From assembly GCA_022709385.1 (NCBI GenBank), contig JAKLIX010000002.1, forward strand, positions 44,535-108,534: a stretch of DNA of 64,000 nt, in the 5' to 3' direction. Below, piece after piece: positions 1-12,400 of this stretch. The notes below the pieces were generated by a model that saw only the letters and a list, made by a program, of their open reading frames with translations, made no database searches and was not told where the DNA came from. The position numbers and the translations under genes are program-made. The stretch comes from Bacteroidota bacterium (GTDB taxonomy: Bacteria; Bacteroidota; Bacteroidia; Bacteroidales; CAIXZF01). The number at the start of each line of letters is the position of its first letter. The stretch's first letter is position 1.

Positions 1-2
1 TG

Positions 3-797
3 GGCGCCGGCTCGCTGACCCAGCTTGGTAACGTACAATTACAGGTTGGATTCGCAGTGCATACCAATAATTCTTCCTATATTTATACAGCAGAGGGTGC
101 AGATGGGTTCAGAATGTACAATGTCACTAATCCTTCCATGCCGTATATGACAGGGTTTTACAATACTCCGGGAACGAGCTGGGATGTTTTCGTGGACAAT
201 GGAAAAGGCTATGTGGCTGATTATGAAGGGGGACTTGCCATTTTCGATGTGAGCATGAACAACATTGTGCCGCTCAGCCAGGTGTCAACCGTTGGCAGGG
301 CCATATCAGTCTGTGTTTACAACCAGATTGCCTATGTAGGCATGGATGATGGCCGGATCGAAAAATTTGATGTCAGCAATCCGGCTGTACCTGTTTCCCT
401 GGGTTGGTATCTTACCAATGGCAGCAGGGTGAACGACCTCACGCTGGATGCCGGAACCGCCCGTCTGTACGTTGGCAACGAGCTGGAAATGATGATACTG
501 CAGATGGATGAGGCTGTATCCATCCAGGACCATGACCCGCTCTCTTCCGCTGCATTTGTGTATCCCAATCCTGCCGGTGACCAGGTATTCATCCGGATAA
601 GCACGGAAAAAGCGGAAGAGGTGATTGTTTCAATAACAGATGCATCCGGACGAATGGTAAATAGAGGTATTGCAAAAGGAATGACTGCCGGCATGAACTA
701 CTTCCGGATAAACACAGAAGGATTGAAAAGAGGACTGTATTTCGTTGAAATTCAAACTGGAAAAACACTTACCCGCGAGAAAATCATCATCCGCTGA
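3..797 (+). CDS. C-terminal part of a secreted LVIVD-repeat (beta-propeller-type) protein with a T9SS C-terminal sorting domain; the 5' end lies outside the window
   Basis: Frame 3 is open from the window edge, with no stop before the GTG at 57. LVIVD-like units are present (FRMYNVTNPSMP, GGLAIFDVS, IEKFDVSNPAVP). The last ~75 aa (VYPNPAGDQVFIRIS...GLYFVEIQTGKTLTREKIIIR) fit the Por/T9SS CTD pattern. Confidence 0.75.
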   Translation, partial: GAGSLTQLGNVQLQVGFAVHTNNSSYIYTAEGADGFRMYNVTNPSMPYMTGFYNTPGTSWDVFVDNGKGYVADYEGGLAIFDVSMNNIVPLSQVSTVGRAISVCVYNQIAYVGMDDGRIEKFDVSNPAVPVSLGWYLTNGSRVNDLTLDAGTARLYVGNELEMMILQMDEAVSIQDHDPLSSAAFVYPNPAGDQVFIRISTEKAEEVIVSITDASGRMVNRGIAKGMTAGMNYFRINTEGLKRGLYFVEIQTGKTLTREKIIIR

Positions 798-805
798 TAA
801 GTTGT

Positions 806-2809
806 ATGAAGATGACACCACAACTCAGATTTGTGCTGACAGGCATGCTGATTTTGCCATGCCTTTCGCTGCAGAGCCAGACCTTTACACAGGTGACCCA
901 GCAGGCCGGTATCGCTGTACCGGCAGGCCTGGGTGATGTAGCTGTATGGATTGATTATGACAATGACGGCTGGCCTGATTTCTTCGGAGGATCCTCCAGT
1001 CAGACTTTCTTTTACAGAAACAATACCGACGGGACATTCACAGATATCAGTGCTTCGTCGGGACTTTCACAAACGACACCGCGGGCAATGGCAGTGTGCG
1101 ATTACGACAAAGACGGCTGGGACGACCTGTTGCTCTGTTCGATCAACGCATCGGAGCCCCCGGTCATCTACCGCAATAATTCCGGAAATAACTTTGTTGC
1201 GGTGAGCATCGTCATGGGATATGCCTCCAGGGCCATCTGGCTTGATTATAACGGTGACGGCCTGGCCGATATCTTTGCCAATACCGGTTCGATGCCCCTC
1301 CTGATGAAAAATGCCGGGAATAATCTGTTTATCAATACCTACAACCCGGGCTTCAATCCCCAGTCGGGGAGCACCTCTTCTGCATGCGACTTCGACAATG
1401 ACGGTTTCACAGATATTTATTGTACCGTCAGTAATACGATGAACACCAATCGCTTGTACCGCAATATTGCCGGGGAAACGTTCAAAGACGTCACTTACGC
1501 CAGCGGTACCGTTGATTTCCGGGATGGGGCCGCTCAAGCCTGGGGTGACCCGGATAACGACGGTTTCTTTGACTTGTACATCGGTAATATATCCTCCAAC
1601 CGGAATGTATTGTTTGAAAACGAAGGCAACGCACATTTCACTGACATCACCCTTGCCGCGGGAGTTCCGGATGCAGGGGATGCCAGATCCTGCGCCTGGG
1701 TGGATTACAATAACGACGGCCTGCTGGATCTGTTCACCACCAATCATGTGAACCCGAACAGGCTTTACAGGAACAATGGGAACGGTACCTTCACCGATGT
1801 GGCACCGGCAGCCGGCATCAGCGGTCCTCAGGACGGATTTGGCGTCAGCTGGGCGGATTATGACCGCGACGGGGATGCCGACGTACTGATTGCCGGACAT
1901 TCTTATTCCGTGGCACTGCTGAGAAATGACGGCGGCAATAATCAGCATTTCCTGAACCTGACCCTGGCCGGCAGTTACGACAATGCCAACGGTATCGGCT
2001 GCCGCATCATTTTCTACAGCAACAACCATGTACAATACCGGGAGATCAACGGAGGAAGGGGTGCTGTTTCCCAGGATGAGCTTTCCATCCACCTCGGCCT
2101 GGGCAACGATACCATGGTCGACAGCATCATCATCCAATGGCCATCCGGAATGCTCCAGAAAGCATTCAATATAAGTGCCAACCAGTTCATCACCATATAT
2201 CAGGCAGGAAATGTACCGCCAGTCCCATTCCATCTGATAGAACCGGCGGAAACCACCATCTGTACCGGCAATCCCGTGCTCTTCCGCTGGAAGGAGTCAC
2301 ACGATCCCGACCTTGGTAATACGGTCCATTATTTTCTCCACATCTATAACAACACCCACGACACCGCCATCGGTCCCCTGCCGGATACCTTTGCTGTCGT
2401 GATGACCCCTGCCTGGATGGCCGATGATTCCACCTTTTGGTATGTTGCGGCAAGCGACGGCACCGACATCCGGAAAAGCTGGGAAACATGGAACCTTCAG
2501 ATCGACCTGGGTACTTCTGACGACGCGCTGACAGCGGTTAACGGCAGAAACATGGTCATTCATCACATATCGCCTGTGCCGGCAAAGGATTACCTGATCA
2601 TTGACCTTGAGATGCGGACGGAAACACCGCTTCAAATCAGTATCATTTCGACCAGCGGTAAGTTGTTGATAAATCGTAATATCCCCCATCCCACCGCGGG
2701 CAGAAACAGGATTACCCTGCCCCTGTCTGGTATCAGCCCGGGATGCTATCTACTCCGGATCTCCTCCGAACGGCAAACCCTGACAAGGAAACTGCCGGTC
2801 ATGCCATAG
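806..2809 (+). CDS. CRTAC1-family FG-GAP/VCBS repeat protein with an UnbV/ASPIC-like domain and a T9SS CTD
   Basis: Signal peptide MKMTPQLRFVLTGMLILPCLSLQSQ. Seven Ca-binding-type FG-GAP units (WIDYDNDGWPDFF, VCDYDKDGWDDLL, WLDYNGDGLADIF, ACDFDNDGFTDIY, WGDPDNDGFFDLY, WVDYNNDGLLDLF, WADYDRDGDADVL). ASPIC/UnbV-like stretch GIGCRIIFYS..REINGGRGAVSQDELSIHLGLG..IIIQWPSG. C-terminal CTD (PVPAKDYLIIDL...GCYLLRISSERQTLTRKL). Confidence 0.85.
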   Translation: MKMTPQLRFVLTGMLILPCLSLQSQTFTQVTQQAGIAVPAGLGDVAVWIDYDNDGWPDFFGGSSSQTFFYRNNTDGTFTDISASSGLSQTTPRAMAVCDYDKDGWDDLLLCSINASEPPVIYRNNSGNNFVAVSIVMGYASRAIWLDYNGDGLADIFANTGSMPLLMKNAGNNLFINTYNPGFNPQSGSTSSACDFDNDGFTDIYCTVSNTMNTNRLYRNIAGETFKDVTYASGTVDFRDGAAQAWGDPDNDGFFDLYIGNISSNRNVLFENEGNAHFTDITLAAGVPDAGDARSCAWVDYNNDGLLDLFTTNHVNPNRLYRNNGNGTFTDVAPAAGISGPQDGFGVSWADYDRDGDADVLIAGHSYSVALLRNDGGNNQHFLNLTLAGSYDNANGIGCRIIFYSNNHVQYREINGGRGAVSQDELSIHLGLGNDTMVDSIIIQWPSGMLQKAFNISANQFITIYQAGNVPPVPFHLIEPAETTICTGNPVLFRWKESHDPDLGNTVHYFLHIYNNTHDTAIGPLPDTFAVVMTPAWMADDSTFWYVAASDGTDIRKSWETWNLQIDLGTSDDALTAVNGRNMVIHHISPVPAKDYLIIDLEMRTETPLQISIISTSGKLLINRNIPHPTAGRNRITLPLSGISPGCYLLRISSERQTLTRKLPVMP

Positions 2810-2982
2810 GATTTTATCTTTTGTTATTCCGAAAGAACACAGAGAGCCAACAAAATTAATCCTACATTGCCGTTATAGTAGACTGTAATTGAACTACATA
2901 TAACATATGTGGTTATATTTATGTGATCTATGTGCCTCTGTGGTGAATATAAAGCCAATGAACACGCTCAGCATGACAGCTA

Positions 2983-3179
2983 ATAAACTTTAGACCTTAA
3001 ACTATTAACTAAACCCGGAGCAATGCTTCTCCATGCCTGGCTTTTATAACCACGGATCCGCCGCGGCGGACACAAAGTTATGCACGGAGTGGCCACGGAG
3101 AGTGGATTATTAATCATTAAACTTCAGACCTAAGACCTTAAACTATTTACTAAACTTCTAAACCAATAAACCCCTAAAC
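2983..3179. repeat. Intergenic element: two ~32-40-nt direct repeats built of 8-nt (N2)CTAAAC-type units flank a ~100-bp GC-richer core
   Basis: 2983-3014 is ATAAACTTTAGACCTTAAACTATTAACTAAAC. 3117-3155 is TTAAACTTCAGACCTAAGACCTTAAACTATTTACTAAAC, the same sequence plus one extra 8-nt unit. CTAAAC-type units at 3150, 3158, 3166 (ATAAAC variant) and 3174 keep an exact 8-nt period. The core holds a perfect 14-bp palindrome TCCGCCGCGGCGGA (3057-3070) and CACGGAG motifs. Confidence 0.7.
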
Positions 3180-3351
3180 CGGCATCACCCGGGGAACTGT
3201 TTCCGGTAAAACATAACCATTAATTATTCTTCCTGCATATAAAAACCGCTTCCGGCTCTTGACAAGGAGGCATTTTTGTATTATATTGGCTGATAAAATA
3301 ACCATTCTATCATAACACTGATTTTCAGTTATTTATTAAGTATACCAACTA

Positions 3352-3367
3352 CACAACCCGGGTTGTG
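3352..3367. promoter_or_regulatory. Perfect 16-bp palindrome CACAACCCGGGTTGTG, 46 bp upstream of the giant-protein start codon (operator or 5'-UTR hairpin; function unknown)
   Basis: I checked base by base that 3352-3359 pairs with 3360-3367. It lies between the AT-rich upstream region and the ATG at 3413. Confidence 0.3.
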
Positions 3368-3412
3368 GAGCGATTCCTGACATTCCAATGTAATATACCA
3401 AAACCAAGCCCC

Positions 3413-6400
3413 ATGAAAAAAATTACCCGATTCACCATGATTCTGCTGACATGGCTGGGTTTGTCCGGCCTGGATGCCGGGCTTCATGCCCAATCGCCGG
3501 TGTACAATCCCCTTGATGAAGGGATCCGTTGCGGTACCATGGCCCATTATGCAGCCCAGGTGGCCGCCGATCCTTCCATCGAACAACGCCGGATCGAATT
3601 TGAGCAAAAGCTGGCTCAGTGGATAGCCGATCACCCCAATGGCTGCCCCGATGTTTCCGTGACCATCCCGGTGGTGGTTCATATTTTGTACAACACTGAA
3701 GCTCAGAACAGATCTGATGCCGTTGTTCAGGAACAAATCGATATCATGAACACTGACTATGGGGGTCAGAATACACATCCCATGTGGGAGTTTTCGAACA
3801 GTCTGAAAGTGAATACCGATATTCAGTTCTGCCTTGCAAAACAGCGTCCCGACGGCACGCCCACCAATGGCATCGAGCGAAGGCAGACTTCCGAAACGGG
3901 TTTTATCTCGAACGACAATATGAAACATTACAGCAGCGGTGGACTGGATGCCTGGGATGTTACCCAATATATGAATATCTGGGTTTGTAACCTAACTGAT
4001 TATCTGGGCTATGCACAATTCCCCTGGTCAGGAATCAACAGTACCTTCGGACTCGTTGTAAGAACTACCGCTTTTGGTGTTACCGGAGCCATCGCTCCAT
4101 ACAACCTGGGAGGGACAGCAACCCATGAACTGGGGCATTGTTTTACCCTGCTGCACATCTGGGGGGATGAGCCGCTTTGCACCGGGTCAGACCAATGTGG
4201 TGATACTCCCAACCAGGCGAATAAAACCTTTGGACATCATACGGGATTATTGACCGACATCTGCTCCACCACCTCTCCGGGTATCATGTACATGAATTTC
4301 ATGGATTACAGCGATGACCAGGATTATGCGAATTTTACACCAAACCAGAAAACCCGCATTCAGTCCTGTTTTAATTCCGGGGGTTACCTCTATTCTTTGC
4401 TCTCTTCGACTAAGTGTACACCGGTTACGACTTCGATGTCATCAGATGTTCCCTATACTGCAGGAACTGATCCCGACTGGTTTCTCTTCAATAATAATGT
4501 GAATTACTGGTGCGCGGTCGGGATCAGGCCGAATACGGCAGGAGAGGACTGGGATATACATCTGTATTCTGACGATGGCTTCAATCCTCCGACTATCGCT
4601 TCTTCGACAAATGGCAGTAGCATTCCCGTGGATTTCGTGGTCATGGACAACAACCATGCACCGAAGCAGTCACGGGGCATCAAGGCTGACAGATGGTCGG
4701 GAAGCGGCCCGGCAACCATTGAATTTGAGGGATCGGCTGAGACCCTGGCATTTGGAACCAACAGCAACATCAGCTGGCCGGCCGGGGATGTGATCGAAAT
4801 GTGGGATATCTATCTCAGCCCGGGCACGTACGACTTTATGCTGACTTTCAATTCAGGGACAGCCAATCTCGGCATTGCCCTTTTCGGATCCAACGGTGCA
4901 GCTTATTATTCCGGCCGGAACGGAGCCATGGCCATTGCCGATGCAAATGGTAACGGAATTGGTGAACATTTCACCGCTACCATTACCACTACGGATTATT
5001 ACGGGCTGTGCGTATTTGCAAACAATGGCAATGCGGCCAATATTAACATCAATATCGGGGTACTCGGGCAATGGCTGGGAACGGTATCGAACAACTGGAA
5101 CACTGCTGCCAACTGGGGAGCAGGTGTCGTTCCCGATGAAACCATTGATGTCAATATTCAGGCCGGAACACCTTATGCACCGGTAATTCACGACGGCGTT
5201 TCCGCCATGTGCAAGAATCTCACGATTGGAAACCTGGCCACACTTACCCAGAATCCGACCAGTTACCTATATGTTTACGGTAATTTCAACTCCGATGAAG
5301 GTACCTTTACACAAAGCGGCAGTTCCTATCTCTATTTTGCCGGTAATACAGATTCATATTGGGACGATGACAATATGGACGATACTTACAACTACGTGCG
5401 TGTCGATAAGTTGGACCCTGCAGCCAAACTGCAAATGTGGCAGGACATGACAGTAAACACAAATTTTGCAGTCAGGGAGGGTGTTTTCTGGATAGACTCC
5501 CAATGGACACTCACTGTCACCGGAACCGGAACGAGCGCATTTGAAGTCGAATCGGGCGGCAAATTGCAATTGACCGACGAAAACCTTGACATAGCCGGAG
5601 GCATCTGGTTCTGGGATGGAAGTCAGGCTGATGTCAGCGGAGGAAATATATACTGCGGAACTAATTTCAGGGTAAACAACAATACCGCCTACAACATTCA
5701 ATTCACGGGCGGTACTCTTGTGATGGATGGTTCCGGCACCCAGTATATTGACGACCTGGACGGATCCACCAAATTGTACAACCTAAGCATTCAAAAATCC
5801 TCCGGTACCTGTTACCTCAAATCCAACGATCTGGCAGTCAGCAATAATCTGACGATAAACAGCGGAGTGCTCAGTTGCACGAACGGTCCTTCTCCGACGA
5901 TAACCTACAGCATCCATATGGGCGGAAACTGGATCAATAATGTCGGTCCGGCCGGATTTGACGAAAGCACCTCCGTGGTTTACTTCGACGGCAACCATAT
6001 GAATGACCAGACTTGTAGTACAGAAACATTTCACTACCTGGTGGTCAACAAGCAAGAATTCAGTACTTTCAAAGTGAACGGCGGCAATGTCACCTGCGCT
6101 TCCTATGACTGGGTGGCCGGGGGTGTGACTGTCCAAAGCGGCTCGTTTACGGCTAATGACCTGTACGACAATGGAATATTCGGTGTTTTCTGGCTTTACA
6201 ACGGTGGCCAGATCGATCTGACCAATAATGATGGTTATGTGGACCTGAATAGTTTTCTTTACATTTTCGGAGGGGTCTTTAATGTACATGGCGGTACCAC
6301 CATGAGTTACTGGCCCTATGCCTCGAATGCGGCCATATACATGTCAGACGGTATCCTTGATTTCAAAGACCAGGGGATCAGGATACACCAGACCTCTTAT

Positions 6401-9400
6401 ACCCTATCGGAAAATATCACGGGTGGGACGATCAGAACCGCGGGTAATCTGCATTCGTTCCGCAACGACTGGCATCCGGACGGCGGTACCTTCATGATGT
6501 ACGGACCAAACCAGGCATCTTTCAACCACGTATCAGGCAGTGGATTCAATCACCTGGTAATCAATAAAGAAACGACATATCCCCTCGCACCCGATGCCAT
6601 CAATCCGTTCATGAACCTGGAGAAGGAAGAGAACCCTCCATCAGGCATGAAGTCTGGCCCTGCCGACGGACCCCTTGTGAACAATGTGATTGCTTCCGGG
6701 TCCATCGATCTCAATGGTGATTTCATCCTCAGCTCAGGTGTTTTTGAAGCACCCGACACCATGTTCGTGGCAGGCAACTGGGCTAATTATGCCGGTTTGG
6801 CTGCTTTCAACGAGAACACCTGCGTGGTGGAATTCGATGGTGCACAGGGATCAGACATCCTGACACAGGAGCATTTTTACGAAATGGTCCTCAACAAAAC
6901 CTTTACGGGCTTTGAAGGATTGGAGGTCAGTGACTCTGTCAGCATTACCCGTGACCTCAAAATCACCGACGGAACCCTCGAATTAAACAGCGGTGCAATA
7001 TTACATATCGGAGAAGACCTAAATATTGATACGGATGCCGGATTGAATGCCAATGACGCAGGACCTATCCGCATTTATTGCGGACAGCTATGGTCAGACT
7101 ATAACTCGTCTTTCGATAATTACAAAGGATTCAGCTGCGGGGTTGCAAGCAGCGTGGTTTTTAATTCATCACCCACTACAACCATTCAAGTTATCAGATC
7201 TCTTAATCCCTTTAATGATATTGAGATTAACTCACAGGCACCCTGGGTGCGGTCCAATAACATAACAAAATTCATTGAATGCAACAATTTGAATATTGTG
7301 GCAGGAGTATTCAGGGTGTCAGGTGCCAAGGTTATTGTCAACAACAACCTGAATATCAGTGGCAAACTCAGTATGATCAATGCCGATGACAGCCTGCTGG
7401 TAGCCCAGGACGTGATCTGGCATCCCGGATCTACCGATGAGGTCGATGCCGGGAAGATTTTTGTGGGGGATGACTGGACATTTGAAAACGGCACCCTTGC
7501 CCAGCTTGACCCGGTGAACCAGGTAATCTTTAACTCCGGCCAGACGGCCATGATCCTGTGCAATGATGCCGATGCGGCATTCGGCAGCCTGGTGATCGAT
7601 AAAGCTGCAGGCCCGGCTAACAGCGTTTACATCCATGGCTCATCCTCCGACACACTCAGGGTAAGCGGAAACATGACGGTGCGTCCCTCAAATACGTTCC
7701 AGACACAGTCGAAAAAGATGATCGTTACCGCCCAGCTTGACGTCCAGAACGGCGGACTCTTTTATATGACTACCGGATACCTCAGAAACGACAATAATGC
7801 ATTCGCTTTGAACGGAACAATGGATGTAAACGATGGAACCGTGATGCTGAAAGGGCATTTCACCCTGCCTCCGACGGGTAAGCTGATTATCTCCGGTGGA
7901 AGTATGACCAGTGATCCTCCACCGGCCGAATTCGCGTTCAGACAGTACCAGGGTCGTCTGGAACTTTCATCCGGTCTGCTGGAAATCAGAAATGACCATG
8001 TTTTTATATCTGGCGGATTTGATGATCAGATCAGCGGCGGAACCTTCCGGATTTTAGGCGCTTTTCAGGCAAATGCAGCCGGAACCTTCCAGCCAGCCGG
8101 CGGGACTGTGTGGTTTGGTCAGGATTATCTTACCGCCTATAAAACCTTCTATTGTTCCAATGGCAATTACTTCCATCACCTGACCATTGACGGTGATATG
8201 CAACTCGAAACCAATCTGCAGGTAAATGGAAATATTAATTTGATTTCCAATAACCTAAGAGTACTTGACAAAACTATTTCGCTCCGGGGAGACTGGATTA
8301 ATGCTGTGGGTACCGGAGGCTTCTCTGCCATGACCGGTAAAGTCGTATTTAATTCAGATTCCGATCACCAGGATTGCATCGGAAATACCAATTTCAACAT
8401 ACTGGAAATTGATAAAGGTTTTGGTGACCTGATAATTCCCACCGGTTCCACTGCTCATTGTGCCGAATATGACTGGACAGACGGGGAACTGGAAGTCAAC
8501 GGAGGCACCTTCATTGCCGATGACCTGACTGACAATGGATTATATGGAAATTATTATGTGACATTGGTGGGAGGTCTGCTCGAGGTACATCAGGATGCAG
8601 GACAGTACACAGACCTGAACGGCAGGGTCGTTCTAGCCGGAGGTGAAATGCACGTTTACGGCGGCAACGGAGACAGTTACTGGCCGTATGCGGCTGATGC
8701 AGATATATGGATGTATGGCGGAATTCTGGATTTCAAAGACAACGGGGTCTATCTGAATGCTTCCGCCTATACACTCAATGAAATAATAAACGGTGGTTTA
8801 ATCCGTATGAACGGCGGTTTTACTGGTTTACGGACAGATTTTAATCCTGCCGGCGGTAGCATTGAGCTTTACGGAAGCAGCACCGGAGACCTTGGTCATG
8901 CTGCCGGAAGCAGCTTGCACAATGTAATCATTAATAAAACCACAGCAGTTCACGTGGAAATTCCTTCCGACGGACTGCAGATCAACGGAGATTTGGATAT
9001 CCTCGAAGGTGCCATGACACTAAACAATGACCTGGTTAATGTAGGAGGGGATGTCCGGATTACAGACGGAGGATACCTGCAAATGATCAATCAGGCTGAA
9101 CTCGTGATGACGGATGCAGATTCTGTCAGTATCCACAATGGTGGCGAAATGTTCATTGACGGTGATCCCGGTTTGGAGACCAGCATCCATACAAACAATC
9201 CCCTTTCGTATTTTTCTTTCGATGTCTTCCCGGGCGGGGCTATCGCCGCAGAGCATAACTATTTCAGCAACCTTGCCCCAGCCGGGCTGAATCTGCATCC
9301 GGGCAGCAGTGTAAATCCTGCACATTCATTCCATTTTTGCCGCTTTTCCGATGGAGCCCCCGGCGGCACGCTGCTGACCATCAATAACGACCAGACATTT

Positions 9401-12400
9401 TTCGCCGATTATGCTTATTTCCCGGCTAACACATGGGGTGGAGCGAGCAATGTCACCAAGGGCGTGGATGCAGGGAGTGTAACATTTACCAACTACAGCG
9501 GGGGGTTCGGCGGTGAAGCCTTTGATAATGATCCCTTCAACCATATTTTCTGGGTCGAACCCCTCAGCGTTACGGCAAGCGCACTGCCGGAAGAGATCTG
9601 CGAAGGGGCTTCAACCCAGCTCAATGCCGTGCCTGCGAGCGGAACTCCGCCATACTTTTTCAACTGGGCTCCTGCTGCGGATTTGTCCGATCCGGCCATT
9701 GCAAATCCGGTAGCCACTCCGGCCAATACGACCACCTATTCCGTAACTGTCACCGACAACGTAGGTGCGACCGCTACCGCATCCGTGACCGTGACCGTGA
9801 ATAGTCTGCCGGTGGTGGTCTGCCCGCCCGGCTTCGATATATGCCTCGACTTTGGCGTATTGTATATGGAAAATATTAATGTCATTCCGGTGTCCAACAG
9901 CAGCAGCAGTGTATTCACCGGTCCCGGCGTCACTCCATCCAATCCGGCCAATGGCTGGTACGATTTCGATCCCGTTGCTGCAGGCCCGGGAACTCACACC
10001 ATCACCTACACTTACACGGATGCAAACGGCTGCAGCAACTCCTGCACTTTCGATATTACGGTTCTCGACCTGCCCGTGGTATCCTGTCCGGCGGATACCG
10101 GTATATGTATCAACTCCGGATTCATCTACCTCGAAACCCTCGATGTCTGGCCACTTTCGGTTGATGAAAACAGTGTCTTCAGCGGTATTGGCGTCACGGC
10201 ATTTGAGCCTGCCATGGGACAGTATGATTTCAATCCGCTCACTGCAGGACCCGGTACGCACCAGATCACTTACACTTACACCGATGCCAACGGCTGCAGC
10301 AATTTCTGCACCTTCTTCATTACGGTGTATCCACTTCCAAGCGTGAGCTGCCCGCCCGACATCAGCATGTGCCTGGATGCCCCGGCCCTGCTGCTCAGCG
10401 GTGGCACACCCGTGGGAGGAACCTACAGCGGTCCGGGCGTCATCGGCAATGTTTTTGATCCCGCACTCGCAGGACTTGGCACGCACCTGATCTCTTATGT
10501 CCTTACTGACGGAAACGGATGCACCGAAGGCTGTACCTTCTCCATCACTGTGCTGCCGCCTCCGGTGGTAAGCTGCCCGCCGGACTTCAGCATCTGCCTC
10601 GACAATGGGGTCGTCTTCCTTGAAAACCTTGGTGTATCGCCGGTTTCCAACAGCATCAGCAGTGTTTTCACAGGTACCGGCGTCACTCCCTCCAACCCGG
10701 CCAACGGCTGGTACGACTTCGATCCTTTGACAGCAGGTCCGGGAACCCACACCATTACCTATACATATACTGATGCATTGGGCTGCAGCAACTCCTGCAC
10801 TTTCAATATCACCGTTCTCGACCTGCCCGTGGTTTCCTGTCCGGCGGATACCGGCATATGTATCAATACCGGTTACATCTACCTCGAAAACCTCGGTATC
10901 TGGCCGCCTTCGGTTGATGAAAACAGTGTATTTACCGGTATTGGCGTTACTCCCTTCATCCCCGAGCAGGGAATGTATGATTTCGATCCGCTTTCCGCTG
11001 GTCCGGGTACGCACCAGATCACTTATACTTACACCGATGCCAACGGTTGCAGCAATTTCTGCACCTTCTTCATTACGGTGTATCCACTTCCCACGGTAAG
11101 CTGCCCGCCCGATATCAGCATGTGTCTCAATGCAACTGCCCTGCTGTTAACAGGTGGCTTTCCTGCAGGAGGCACTTACAGCGGTCCAGGCGTCATCGGC
11201 AATGTTTTTGATCCCGCACTCGCAGGAGTTGGCACGCACCTGATCTCTTATGTCTTTGCTGACGGAAACGGATGCACCGAAGGCTGTACCTTCTCCATCA
11301 CTGTGCTGCCCATCCCGGAAGTCAGTTGTCCGCCGGATTTTAATTACTGCATCAATGATGGAGTATTATTTCTTGAGTTACTTGATGTTTCACCTCCATG
11401 CATTGACATCATGAGTCTTTTCTCCGGAAATGGAGTATTTCCGGCCGACCCGTACAATGGCTGGTATAACTTCGATCCGCTTATTGCCGGCACCGGAACG
11501 CATTTGATCACATACACCTACTACGATCTTAACGGATGCCAAAACTACTGTACTTTCAGTATCACGGTTCTTCCGGTACCCGTGGTCAGCTGTCCTCCGG
11601 ATATGATCGTTGCTTTGAGTGAACCGCCATTTTCCCTCAGCGGGGGAAATCCCGCCGGAGGATATTACAGCGGAACCGGGATAGGGTTAAATACTTTTTA
11701 CCCTGCGACAGCAGGCGTAGGGAACCATCTCATTCTATATATCTATGAGGATGAAAATGGATGTTCCGATACCTGTACTTTTACTATCACCGTCAACGAA
11801 CCGCCAAGTGTCACTTGTCCTCCCAACCTCTTTGTCTGCCTTAGCGAACCTGCCTTTGTTCTCACGGGCGGAACACCGGCAGGCGGGTCGTACAGCGGAA
11901 CAGGCGTCATCGGCGACAGTTTTGATCCTGTGGCAGCCGGGGCAGGAATACATCAGATCACCTATACCTACACCGACGGTTTCGGATTCAGCAACTCCTG
12001 CAATTTCGATATTACTGTGTATCCATTACCCACAGTCACTTGTCCGCCCGACATCAGCATGTGCATCGATGCCCCTGCCCTTCTCCTTACGGGTGGCTTA
12101 CCCGAAGGCGGCAGCTACAGCGGGACAGGCGTTATCAACAACAATTTCGATCCTGCCATTGCCGGAGCGGGCGTTCACAACATCATATACAACTTCATCG
12201 ATATCAACGGATGTATGGATGGCTGTGAATTCACCATTACCGTCCTCGACCTTCCTGTCGTTAGCTGTCCCGGCGATACCGCTGTCTGTATCAACTCAGG
12301 TGTCTTCTACCTCGAAAACCTTGATGTATGGCCTCCTTCCGTTGATGCAGGAAGCGTATTCACCGGTAATGGCGTAATTCCCTTTATCCCTGCCCAGGGA

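Noticed and set aside
9611-11014. Long antisense ORFs inside the giant genes (e.g. 467 aa at 9611-11014, 388 aa at 1067-2233, 202 aa at 20263-20871)
   Set aside because: They lie fully within much longer sense ORFs that have clear domain content. Their translations are low-complexity (Gly/Arg/Ala-rich) with no recognisable motifs. They are shadow ORFs produced by the repetitive codon composition.
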